Shown one piece after another: positions 1 to 8,152 of a DNA stretch of 64,000 nucleotides. Made by a program: the position numbers and the translations under genes. Origin of the DNA: Thermodesulfobacteriota bacterium. Lineage in GTDB: Bacteria > Desulfobacterota_D > UBA1144 > Nemesobacterales > Mycalebacteriaceae. The stretch spans positions 416,001 to 480,000 of the forward strand of contig OZ245366.1 of the NCBI GenBank assembly GCA_965226585.1. The letters run 5' to 3'. The notes under the pieces were generated by a model. That model searched no databases. It was not told where the DNA came from and saw only the letters and a program-made list of their open reading frames with translations. Numbering within the stretch: the stretch's first letter is position 1; every line of letters begins with the position of its first letter.

Positions 1-1
1 C

Positions 2-928
2 ATGAGTTATGAAGGCGACAAGCTGAGAGAGTTCGATATGCCTCCCCGTAAGGATGTAGAGCGTTCTTTGCTAAAAACACTTTTTAACAATAATGGTGTT
101 ATAAAAGAGTTTGCTTCAAGAGAAAGAGTAGTTCATGAAATTGCTGATGAATTTGACCTGAACAGGCAACAGAGAAACGCTTATTTGGAGACTGTTTACA
201 AAAAAGGAAACAGGGTAAAAAGAACAAATCTTTGGCACCGATTGTTATTTAGAGCCGCGCACAAATTGGCTGGAGCCAAACTCATTTCCAGTCCCAACAA
301 GACCTTCCTCTTAACAAATAAAAAAGAGTGGATGCTTACCGAAAAAGGGTTTGATCACGTTTTGAAAATCAATGGAATTCCTCCCGAACAAAAAGCGGAC
401 TTGTCGGTAAAATCTTTTGAAGTCGAAAAACTTGCAAAAAAACTAATGAAAAAGAACAAGCCCAAAAACTACAACCCCATTGGCAGAGCAACAAAAATCA
501 AACAATCTAAATCGACGCTTAGCATGAGAAAAAGAGGCTTCAGGCAAGCTGTTGTTGAAGCATACAATTACAAGTGTGCGGTTTGCGGGTTAAAAATTTA
601 TTCTCCTAATAACTACCAATGGGAAGTTGAAGCCGCACATATTGTCCCTCATGGGTTCAACGGGAAAGACGATATATGGAACGGGTTGTCACTTTGTCGT
701 TTTCACCACTGGTCTTTTGATGTTGGATGGTTCAGTTTTGATGAAAAATTTCGCATAGTTGTTTCAAACCAACTTCATCAATTACCTGAAGATTTTGGAA
801 AGGTCTGGGATTACGGATTTTTGAGGCAACTCTCCGTTAATAAAGATAAAGTCCAACTTCCCAAACCAAAACAATTACGTCCGGATTTAACTGCCATCAG
901 GTGGCACAGAGAAAACATTTTGTGCTGA
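2..928 (+). CDS. HNH endonuclease with N-terminal winged-helix (Mrr_N-like) domain; putative restriction/defence nuclease
   Basis: C-terminal CAVCG...EAAHIVP...DDIWNGLSLCRFHHWSFD (HNH_2-type). N-terminal helical region ending WMLTEKG resembles Mrr N-terminal domains. AT-rich. The start lies at the window edge. Confidence 0.8.
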   Translation: MSYEGDKLREFDMPPRKDVERSLLKTLFNNNGVIKEFASRERVVHEIADEFDLNRQQRNAYLETVYKKGNRVKRTNLWHRLLFRAAHKLAGAKLISSPNKTFLLTNKKEWMLTEKGFDHVLKINGIPPEQKADLSVKSFEVEKLAKKLMKKNKPKNYNPIGRATKIKQSKSTLSMRKRGFRQAVVEAYNYKCAVCGLKIYSPNNYQWEVEAAHIVPHGFNGKDDIWNGLSLCRFHHWSFDVGWFSFDEKFRIVVSNQLHQLPEDFGKVWDYGFLRQLSVNKDKVQLPKPKQLRPDLTAIRWHRENILC

Positions 929-967
929 TAGATATGAACGTTTTTGTAAGAATAATGATGCCGCAGA

Positions 968-1231
968 CTACCTGACAACTTTCAAAGCAGGTTTCGGTTT
1001 TCTATAAGGAAATTCCATCTTTCCCAACACCATATTTTCTTCCCTCTCCACCGCCACGCAGTCTCCGCGTTCTGCGTGTTTGGCAAGGTCTTCATCATCT
1101 TTGCAGAAATAGACATTCCTTTCACACTCTCCGCAAAAGCGGATTTTGTCATCTTTCGTTTCTGCGAGTTTTTCCCACTTCAGCGGACATTTGAAAGAGA
1201 ATTCGCAGTTTTCGATAAGTTCTTCACTCAC
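968..1231 (-). CDS. Small Cys-rich hypothetical protein, paralog 1
   Basis: NCEFSFKCPLKWEKL...IRFCGECERNVYFC...GDCVAV; the same six Cys occur in the paralog at 2081-2470; GTG start with upstream GGAGGG. Confidence 0.75.
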   Translation of the reverse strand: MSEELIENCEFSFKCPLKWEKLAETKDDKIRFCGECERNVYFCKDDEDLAKHAERGDCVAVEREENMVLGKMEFPYRKPKPALKVVR

Positions 1232-1271
1232 TTCTTCTTCCCTCCAAATGGATACTTCACTTCAGGGTGCC
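1225..1271 (-). repeat. Diverged duplicate of the 3' end of the 2467-3783 gene
   Basis: 42/47 nt identical to 2464-2510 by manual alignment; reads HPEVKYPFGGKKK* vs HPEMKDPFGGKKK*. Confidence 0.9.
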
Positions 1272-1315
1272 GTAGCTTTCTGCATATTCCATCAATACAA
1301 AAGCTAAAATGATGC

Positions 1316-1343
1316 TTGACTTTCTCTTGCCAAGTAGTAGTCT
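1316..1343 (+). promoter_or_regulatory. Sigma70-like promoter candidate for the ncRNA
   Basis: TTGACT (1316-1321) - 16 nt - TAGTCT (1338-1343), pointing at the structured element; no credible plus-strand ORF follows. Confidence 0.5.
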
Positions 1344-1356
1344 GTAAGGCGGAAGT

Positions 1357-1417
1357 GCCTCCAGTCCGAACTGTGGTGTTTATCATCTGCGTTCCCGAAA
1401 GGGATAGGGCTGGGGGT
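1357..1417 (+). ncRNA. Structured ncRNA candidate convergent with the DUF3800 gene (DUF3800-RNA-motif-like)
   Basis: Closing stem GCCUCCAGUCC (1357-1367) / GGGCUGGGGGU (1407-1417) pairs 11/11 with G-U wobbles on the plus strand only; internal GAAC/GUUC helix; UCCC-GAAA-GGGA GNRA hairpin; U-rich tail after 1417. Confidence 0.65.
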
Positions 1418-1422
1418 TTCTT

Positions 1423-2049
1423 TTATTTCGGCCACACTTGGACACGAATTTCTCTGTGAGCAACCATTCTATTGTATTCTTCAGCATACCTTTTGTGCTG
1501 GATTGACCTATTGATAACCCCTGCTACATAATCAGCAAGTTGCAGGAGGTTGTTGCCTGAAGATTTCTGCATTTTGACCTTTTTGATTACGGTTTTATCT
1601 GTGTTGACACGACTTTTGAGATACTTTGCAAGCTGAGAACGAAAGTCCATGTTGCCACTCTTGTCAACAACAATGATGGCATTATCCAGTTTCTCTTTTG
1701 CATTTTCAAACACAAGTCCACAAGCATATTTGTAAAACGATTCCGTATTCCTGAACCCGTCTCCGTATAGTTTGTGCGGGTCTTTATTGATAGCTATTCC
1801 GTAGTAGAAAAAGTTGTAAGGGGATACCGCTTCAAGAAAGGCGCAACGAACTTTGTGCGAGTTTTGTTGAAAATGAAACTCTCTGTTCCTTTTCCACCTC
1901 AACTCTTTCTTTAATAACTCTATTCTTTGGTCGCAAGCGTCAGCTTCTGCAATATCCTCGAACGCTACAAGTGCGACAATGAAAAATTTGCTGGAACCTT
2001 CTTCAATTTTTAGTCCCGGGTCTCCAGATTCATCAATAAAAACAAGCAT
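1423..2049 (-). CDS. DUF3800 family protein (RNase H-like fold)
   Basis: N-terminal VFIDESGD, central IVVD, C-terminal LLQLADYVAG, typical of DUF3800. Confidence 0.85.
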   Translation of the reverse strand: MLVFIDESGDPGLKIEEGSSKFFIVALVAFEDIAEADACDQRIELLKKELRWKRNREFHFQQNSHKVRCAFLEAVSPYNFFYYGIAINKDPHKLYGDGFRNTESFYKYACGLVFENAKEKLDNAIIVVDKSGNMDFRSQLAKYLKSRVNTDKTVIKKVKMQKSSGNNLLQLADYVAGVINRSIQHKRYAEEYNRMVAHREIRVQVWPK

Positions 2050-2080
2050 TCATTTCTTTCCTAACTTGTATTTGTTTTCC

Positions 2081-2470
2081 CTACTCCACAACCCGCATCC
2101 GTCCGCGTTCCAGTTCCAGACGGATTTTAGTTGCTATTCTCTTCATACGGCGTTTCATGAAATCCCGGCTTTCAAGCATATCCCAAACCCGTGGATTTGG
2201 TTCCCCAAGGAGAAGTTGTTCCCTCTCAATAACCACACAGTTCCCGCGTCTGGCATTTTTTATAAACTCCTCATCACTTTCGCAGAAATGAACCTTTCTC
2301 TTGCACTCTCCGCAAAATCGTATCTTTTCATCCTGCGTTTTGGCAAGATTTTCCCATTCCAGCGGACACTTATACTTGAAGAGAGGTACTCCTTCTTCCT
2401 CCGGCTTCCACTCTCCGCCAAACTGAAAGTTGCAGTGTTCAACTTGAAATATCTTGTTTTTTCCACTCAC
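2081..2470 (-). CDS. Small Cys-rich hypothetical protein, paralog 2
   Basis: YKCPLEWENL...IRFCGECKRKVHFC...GNCVVI; start overlaps the upstream stop (GTGA). Confidence 0.75.
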   Translation of the reverse strand: MSGKNKIFQVEHCNFQFGGEWKPEEEGVPLFKYKCPLEWENLAKTQDEKIRFCGECKRKVHFCESDEEFIKNARRGNCVVIEREQLLLGEPNPRVWDMLESRDFMKRRMKRIATKIRLELERGRMRVVE

Positions 2471-3783
2471 TTCTTCTTCCCTCCAAACGGATCCTTCATC
2501 TCAGGATGCCACAATTTGAAATGTTCCTTGTGCAAATCGGTATACGCGCCCGGGGGGTAGAACTTGTCGTAGAAATCCAAGTCAAGATGATGCGCCTGAA
2601 CCATGAAACGCAGAAACATCGGGTCTGAAAACGCCGGGAACCTTCCGTAAGTTTCGTAAACATAATTGCATATATCCTTTACAACCTGAATCTCACGCTT
2701 GTCCGGCCGCAAGGTCTTCTCATAAACCCCCTGCGGGTTTGTGTAAGGCATGTTCTTCTTCTCCCAGTTGCTCCACTTCATATCATTGAACGCCTCAACC
2801 GCCTCGCCCATGTCTTTGTAATACGGCGGACAGAAAGCATGAAAAAGTCCGTCTTTTCCAACCGCAACCGGATTGGGATTTGCCGTCTCTCCCTTCGGCT
2901 CAGGTGTTGAAAAACGGAAACCCAAACCCTCAAAATCATCAGACATTCCAAGCACAAACGGACTCGCAAAACCGCTGAACAGCCAGCCGCCCAAACCAAG
3001 AGCCTGTAACGTCAGAACCATGTTCTGCCCCATAAACGCCTGCTCCGCTATAAACCCGTTCGCAAACCGCAACTCCGCCTCTATAAGCGGCATCGTCTTT
3101 TCCGAATCTATGAAACCGTCCTCTATCCACTTTGAAGTTCCGGGCGGCCTCATGCCGTGCAGTTCATCGGCAAAATTGAACCTGTGCCCCTCGCGCATAT
3201 AGAAAAAGTAGAGGTTGATTATGCACGAAGACAAGTCTGTTACGGGCATAAAAACAGTTGTGCCCGGTTTGTTCACATTCCACAGGTTGTGAGTCGCAAG
3301 TCCGGGCGGCTTGTCCGGTATGTCCGCCCTGCCGTCCCCGATTTTTATTCGCGATTCTTTGAACAGACGCACGATTTCATCAACCCTCTTCTCAAGCGGC
3401 ATCGCCTCAAGCCCCTTGAAATCATCCGGCTTTTTGTCGTGCATCTTCACCATGTATGAGCCGTTGTCATTTGTGTAGAACAACTCCGTTCTGTGAACAT
3501 CACCCAGCGCCGGAATGGTTTTGCTTGTGAACTGGACTTCAAGGTCAAGCCCCAGATGCGGCGGGAAATCAGACAGGTTGATGTTCTTGATGCCAAGCCC
3601 CGTCCACACGATAATCGCCTCCTCAAGTTCGGAAAGCGGCGCCGGCTTGTGAGCGGATTTATACTTAAGCGGGCCCTCGGTTATCTCCATTCCAAGCCCG
3701 AACCGCCGTGAACGTCTCTGGAAAACCGTATCAAAGAAACCGTGCCGGATGGCTTTTTTCAAACCTTGCGGATATTTACTCAT
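2467..3783 (-). CDS. Large nitroreductase-like protein of unknown function
   Basis: N-terminal RRSRRF and C-proximal QNMVLTLQALGLGGW resemble nitroreductase-fold FMN-binding motifs. Confidence 0.55.
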   Translation of the reverse strand: MSKYPQGLKKAIRHGFFDTVFQRRSRRFGLGMEITEGPLKYKSAHKPAPLSELEEAIIVWTGLGIKNINLSDFPPHLGLDLEVQFTSKTIPALGDVHRTELFYTNDNGSYMVKMHDKKPDDFKGLEAMPLEKRVDEIVRLFKESRIKIGDGRADIPDKPPGLATHNLWNVNKPGTTVFMPVTDLSSCIINLYFFYMREGHRFNFADELHGMRPPGTSKWIEDGFIDSEKTMPLIEAELRFANGFIAEQAFMGQNMVLTLQALGLGGWLFSGFASPFVLGMSDDFEGLGFRFSTPEPKGETANPNPVAVGKDGLFHAFCPPYYKDMGEAVEAFNDMKWSNWEKKNMPYTNPQGVYEKTLRPDKREIQVVKDICNYVYETYGRFPAFSDPMFLRFMVQAHHLDLDFYDKFYPPGAYTDLHKEHFKLWHPEMKDPFGGKKK

Positions 3784-3852
3784 CTCCCTGACATTGTATT
3801 TGAGAAAAAATCCGCAATCAAAAAACCCGCCCGCCGTGATAACATTTCTTTT

Positions 3853-5346
3853 GTGTTACCGATACCTGTTTTGAGCGGCTTTGAGAGATACGGAGAGAAA
3901 ACCGCGATTGCCGATTGCGCGGGCGAATGCTCGTACTCTGAACTGAACGAGATGTCTCTGCGTGCTGCGGGGGCTCTTCAAAACATCTGCGGCGGGCAAG
4001 ACATGGCGGAGGCGCGGGTCGCCTTTATGCTTCCAAAAAGCAGAGAATACGCCGCAATCAAAACAGCCGTGTGGCGCGCGGGCGGGGTTTCCGTTCCCCT
4101 CAGCCCGGAGCATCCGCCGGGGGAAATCCGCCACATAACCTCCGACTCTGAACCCTCAGTGATTGTGTGCCATCCCGGTTTTGCAGATAAAATCCGCCCG
4201 CAAAGCGCAAACGCCGTTTTTGTCCGAAGCGATGAAATTTTCTCCTCCCCGCCCTCCCGGAACCTGCCGGAGATATCACCCTCCCGCCGCGCGATGATGA
4301 TATACACAAGCGGAACAACGGGCGAAGCCAAAGGGGTGGTTACCACGCACTCAAACATAGCCGCGCAGACAGCCGCAATGACAGCCGCATGGAAATGGAC
4401 GGCTTCCGACCGCGTTCTGAATGTTCTGCCTCTGCACCATCTCCACGGCATACTGAATCTTTTGCTGTGTCCGCTAAGCGCGGGCGCGGTGTGTGAGATG
4501 GCGGATTTTGAACCCTCAGGCGTGTGGGAAAGGTTTGAGCGCGGCGGCATAACGGTGTTTATGGCGGTTCCGACCGTCTATTCCAAACTCGCGGACTTCT
4601 GGGAAAACGCGCCCGAAGAGAGAAAAAAATCCATGACTGCCGCCTGCCGCGCCATGCGCCTTATGGTTTCCGGCTCCGCCGCTCTCACGGTGAAACTTTC
4701 AGAAAGGTGGCGCGGGATAAGCGGGCACACGCTTCTTGAACGCTACGGAATGACCGAAACGGGCATGATTTTCTCAAATCCGCTTGAAGGGAAAAGAAAA
4801 CCGGGCTTTGTGGGCAAACCGATGCCGGGGGTTTTCGCGGGCGTTTTCAGCCCCTCCGGCGAACCGCTTGAAGCGGGAGAGAGCGGAGAGATACGGGTGA
4901 AGGGCGAAAATGTTTTTCTTGAATACTGGAACAATCCCGCAGAAACGAAGCGCGCTTTTTCAGACGGTATGTTCAAAACCGGAGACATCGCCCGCATTGA
5001 CGGAGAGGGCGACTTTCAGATTCTCGGCAGAGAGTCCGTGGACATAATCAAAACCGGCGGATACAAAGTTTCCGCCCTTGAGGTGGAGAGGGAGATAGCG
5101 GAAAAAACCGGAGTGGCGCGTTGCGCGGTTGTGGGCGTTAGAGACGAAGAGTGGGGGCAGAGGGTTGCCGCCGCCGTTGTGCTTGAAGACGGCCGCCTTG
5201 CCGAAGGCGATTTGAAAAAGTGGCTGAAGCCCCGCCTTGCCTCCTACAAAATTCCGTCTCTCGTCAAGGTTGTGCCGTCTCTGCCCGAAAACTCTCTCGG
5301 CAAGGTGCTGAAAACCGAGATTGCCGCGATGTGGGAGGACGGCTGA
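3853..5346 (+). CDS. Acyl-CoA synthetase (malonyl-CoA synthetase MatB/ACSF3-like)
   Basis: YTSGTTGEAKG, ERYGMTE, FKTGD, GKV adenylation motifs. The GTG at 3853 is preferred because it avoids overlap with the divergent gene. Confidence 0.85.
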   Translation: MLPIPVLSGFERYGEKTAIADCAGECSYSELNEMSLRAAGALQNICGGQDMAEARVAFMLPKSREYAAIKTAVWRAGGVSVPLSPEHPPGEIRHITSDSEPSVIVCHPGFADKIRPQSANAVFVRSDEIFSSPPSRNLPEISPSRRAMMIYTSGTTGEAKGVVTTHSNIAAQTAAMTAAWKWTASDRVLNVLPLHHLHGILNLLLCPLSAGAVCEMADFEPSGVWERFERGGITVFMAVPTVYSKLADFWENAPEERKKSMTAACRAMRLMVSGSAALTVKLSERWRGISGHTLLERYGMTETGMIFSNPLEGKRKPGFVGKPMPGVFAGVFSPSGEPLEAGESGEIRVKGENVFLEYWNNPAETKRAFSDGMFKTGDIARIDGEGDFQILGRESVDIIKTGGYKVSALEVEREIAEKTGVARCAVVGVRDEEWGQRVAAAVVLEDGRLAEGDLKKWLKPRLASYKIPSLVKVVPSLPENSLGKVLKTEIAAMWEDG

Positions 5347-6047
5347 TGACTGTTATAGACCCCGCCAGTCATTTTGACAGAGCGCGCGCCGAGGGCTACG
5401 ACAGGAGAGTGCGCCACCTGATTCCGGGCTATGAGGCGGTTCAGGGGCTCGCGCTTTCGCTTCTTGAGAGCAGTCTCGGCGCCGAATCTTCCGTTCTTGT
5501 TGCCGGGGCGGGCACGGGAAGTGAGGCGGTTTCCTTTGCGTCCCGCAATCCGGGGTGGAAGGTTACGGGCTTTGACCCGGCGGCTGAGATGCTCAAAATC
5601 GCCGGGGCGAAGGTTCGGGAAAAAGGGCTTGAAGACAGGGTTTCCCTTGTGGAGGGATTTGCCGGGGCGGTTGAGGAAAGCCCGCTTTTTGACGCGGCAA
5701 CCTCAATGCTGGTTATGCACTTTCTCCCCGATGACGGCTCAAAAGACGAGTTTTTGTCCGGGATTTCAAAACGGCTCAAGCCCGGAGCGCGCATCGTTCT
5801 CACAGACCTTGAGGGCGACACCGCAAGCCCCGCTTTCAAAACCCTTGAAAAAGCGTGGCGGCGTCAGTTGCTTTCCGTGGTGAAAGATCCGGAAGCGGTG
5901 GAGGAAACTTTTGAGAATTTGAGAATCAACGTGAAATTCGTTCCCGAAGAAAGGATAAGGGAGATACTTGAAAACGCCGGTTTTCCGGCGGCGGTCAAGT
6001 TCTTTCAAGGTTTTCTCACCGGCGGCTACACCGCCGTCAAGACCTGA
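5346..6047 (+). CDS. Class I SAM-dependent methyltransferase (CmoA-like)
   Basis: VLVAGAGTG motif I; YDRRVRHLIPGY; ATG overlaps the upstream TGA. Confidence 0.85.
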   Translation: MTVIDPASHFDRARAEGYDRRVRHLIPGYEAVQGLALSLLESSLGAESSVLVAGAGTGSEAVSFASRNPGWKVTGFDPAAEMLKIAGAKVREKGLEDRVSLVEGFAGAVEESPLFDAATSMLVMHFLPDDGSKDEFLSGISKRLKPGARIVLTDLEGDTASPAFKTLEKAWRRQLLSVVKDPEAVEETFENLRINVKFVPEERIREILENAGFPAAVKFFQGFLTGGYTAVKT

Positions 6048-6068
6048 AAAATTGAGGTATGGTTTTTT

Positions 6069-6542
6069 ATGAGTAAAATTTCCCCCTCGCAAAAACTGAA
6101 ACAACTGGGCATCAGTCTGCCCCCGGTTCCCGCTCCGGCGGGCTCGTATGTTCCGTGCGTCCGCACGGGCAACCTCGTTTTTGTTTCCGGGCAGTTGCCG
6201 TTTAATAACGGAAAACTGCTTTTCCGGGGCACGGTGGGTGTTGAGGTTTCGGTTGAGCAGGCAAAACTTGCCGCCCGCGAGGCGGCGGTGAACTGTCTTG
6301 CCGTTCTGAACGCCCAGCCCGGCGGCCTGGACGCGGTGCGCAGAATAGTCAAAGTAACCGGCTATGTCGCATCCTCAGACCGGTTTGTCCGTCAGGCGGA
6401 TGTTGTGAACGGAGCGTCTGATTTTTTTGCCGAAGTGTTCGGCTCCGCCGGACGTCATTCGCGCGCGGCTGTGGGAGCGGTGTCGCTTCCGCTCGGCTCT
6501 CCCGTTGAGATTGAGATTGTGGCGGAGGCGGAGCCCGCCTGA
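6069..6542 (+). CDS. RidA/YjgF family protein
   Basis: VFVSGQLP, RIVKVTGYV, GRHSRAAVG, LPLGSPVEIE. Confidence 0.9.
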   Translation: MSKISPSQKLKQLGISLPPVPAPAGSYVPCVRTGNLVFVSGQLPFNNGKLLFRGTVGVEVSVEQAKLAAREAAVNCLAVLNAQPGGLDAVRRIVKVTGYVASSDRFVRQADVVNGASDFFAEVFGSAGRHSRAAVGAVSLPLGSPVEIEIVAEAEPA

Positions 6543-6546
6543 AGCC

Positions 6547-7314
6547 GTGGAAGTTGTTCTGTGGACAGATTGCCTTCCCGCCGCCGTGGAGATTCCTGCG
6601 GTGGAGGTTTTTTTGCGCGGCTTCGGTTTTGAAGCCCGCGCGGGCGGAGAGTTGTTCACGGCGGAAAACCTTGATGACGCGAAATTTCTCGCTTCGGTGC
6701 GCGTAAAAGATTTTGAAATCCCGCTTGACCGTCCCGCCCGTCCGCTTCCCGAAGATGTTGAGGCGGAGTTGAAATCCTTATCAGAGGGAGAGCCGCCGCG
6801 CAAAGCCGCCTATGACGGGATGTGGTTTCAGAGGAAGATTCACAAACGGTTCGCCTCCGCTCCTCCCGCAGTGAACATCGTTTGCACGGGAAGGCTTATA
6901 TGCACGTACGAGAAACGTTATCACGCGAGAGTTGTTGTTATGGGAGATGCGCCTTCGGTGCAGATAGTGTCGTCAGAGGGGGTGGTTGAGGGTCCGGCAA
7001 AGCCGCCCGAATACTACTGGGCAAAGGGCGGGCTGATTCAGCGCGGCCTTGCGGATGAAGGAAGCGAATCCCTTTCCGTTCTTGACGAGGTTTTTGAGGG
7101 GAAATTTATCAAACGTTCTGACCCTTTGCTCGGGCGCGTGTTTGCCGCCTACTGCCTCCAGCCCGTTTTGTATGCCCTTACAGGCGCGGAATTTTGTTCT
7201 GACCCGCAGTGCAGTTTGTTCAACTCGCACCGGCAGTCCGAAATTTTGAAAGCTCAGGCGCGCGGACGCCTTTGCGAAAACTGTTTAAAAATCGCCGGGG
7301 AAAAAAACCTGTAG
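6547..7314 (+). CDS. Putative metallopeptidase-like protein (DUF6775-like)
   Basis: YHARVVV...GVVEGPAKPPEYY...FCSDPQCSLFNSH...LCENC pattern; GTG at 6547 follows the RidA stop. Confidence 0.55.
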   Translation: MEVVLWTDCLPAAVEIPAVEVFLRGFGFEARAGGELFTAENLDDAKFLASVRVKDFEIPLDRPARPLPEDVEAELKSLSEGEPPRKAAYDGMWFQRKIHKRFASAPPAVNIVCTGRLICTYEKRYHARVVVMGDAPSVQIVSSEGVVEGPAKPPEYYWAKGGLIQRGLADEGSESLSVLDEVFEGKFIKRSDPLLGRVFAAYCLQPVLYALTGAEFCSDPQCSLFNSHRQSEILKAQARGRLCENCLKIAGEKNL

Positions 7315-7333
7315 AGGCGCGCCGGGGTTCCGG

Positions 7334-8149
7334 TCAGCCTTCCATGCTTTTCAGTTTCTCAATCGCCACGCGGGCGGCTTTCTTTCCGGAAAGCAGCATT
7401 CCGCCGAATGTCGGTCCCATTCTGGGAAGTCCGAAAACCGTGTTGACAGACATTCCGCAGGCTATCAAGCCGGGGTGAACCTCTCCGGTGTATTCAACTA
7501 GGGCGTCTTCTGCTTTCTCAACCCACATTGAGCCGTGACCCGGAAGTTTTTTGTAAAGCCCCTGCTGAGACAGGCGCGAGACGGCGTAGGCGTCATGCCC
7601 GGTTGCGTCTATTACCAGTTTTGACTCTATGGAAATCGGGTCAAGGCAGGTTATCTCTTTCGGCATTTTGACGATGGGAGTCCAGTTGATGACGATTCCG
7701 GCAACCCGTCCGTTTTCTCTCAGAACAAGGTCGTCAAACATTGTCATGTTCCGTATCGTGGCTCCCGCCTCGCAGGTCATCGCGATAAGTTTTGAGCACG
7801 CATAAGGGGCGTCCACTATGAAATGCCCTTCGGAAATCTCTTTGTAGGGAACCTCTATTTCGTCCAGAACCTCGTGCCCCGGAGCGCGCACGCTCGCCTT
7901 GTTCATAAGGTATCCGCCAATCCAGAAACCGCCGCCGAGCGAGTTCAGACGCTCAACAAGCAAAACCTTGTATTTGGCAAGGGCGATGTCTTTTGCGGCA
8001 ACAAGACCGCTGGGACCCGCGCCGATGACTATCACGTCGCTCTCTGTGTACTCAAGAAACTCGCTGGCAAATCCCTCAACGATTCCTCTCGTAACCTCTT
8101 TCTCACCAACCGGGGCGAACTTAACTTTTCCGTTTTTGTCCTCAGCCAT
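7334..8149 (-). CDS. thi4: Thi4-family thiazole synthase (Cys-type)
   Basis: GAGPSG, GGGFWIGG, TCLDP, IDATGHD, PRMGPTFGGMLLSG. Confidence 0.92.
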   Translation of the reverse strand: MAEDKNGKVKFAPVGEKEVTRGIVEGFASEFLEYTESDVIVIGAGPSGLVAAKDIALAKYKVLLVERLNSLGGGFWIGGYLMNKASVRAPGHEVLDEIEVPYKEISEGHFIVDAPYACSKLIAMTCEAGATIRNMTMFDDLVLRENGRVAGIVINWTPIVKMPKEITCLDPISIESKLVIDATGHDAYAVSRLSQQGLYKKLPGHGSMWVEKAEDALVEYTGEVHPGLIACGMSVNTVFGLPRMGPTFGGMLLSGKKAARVAIEKLKSMEG

Positions 8150-8152
8150 TTT

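Noticed and set aside
3742..3852. ORF-track N-terminal extensions (also at 5220, 6427, 19933, 49035, 50386, 52564, 55798)
   Set aside because: They overlap neighbouring genes or lack an RBS; downstream starts fit family N-termini better.
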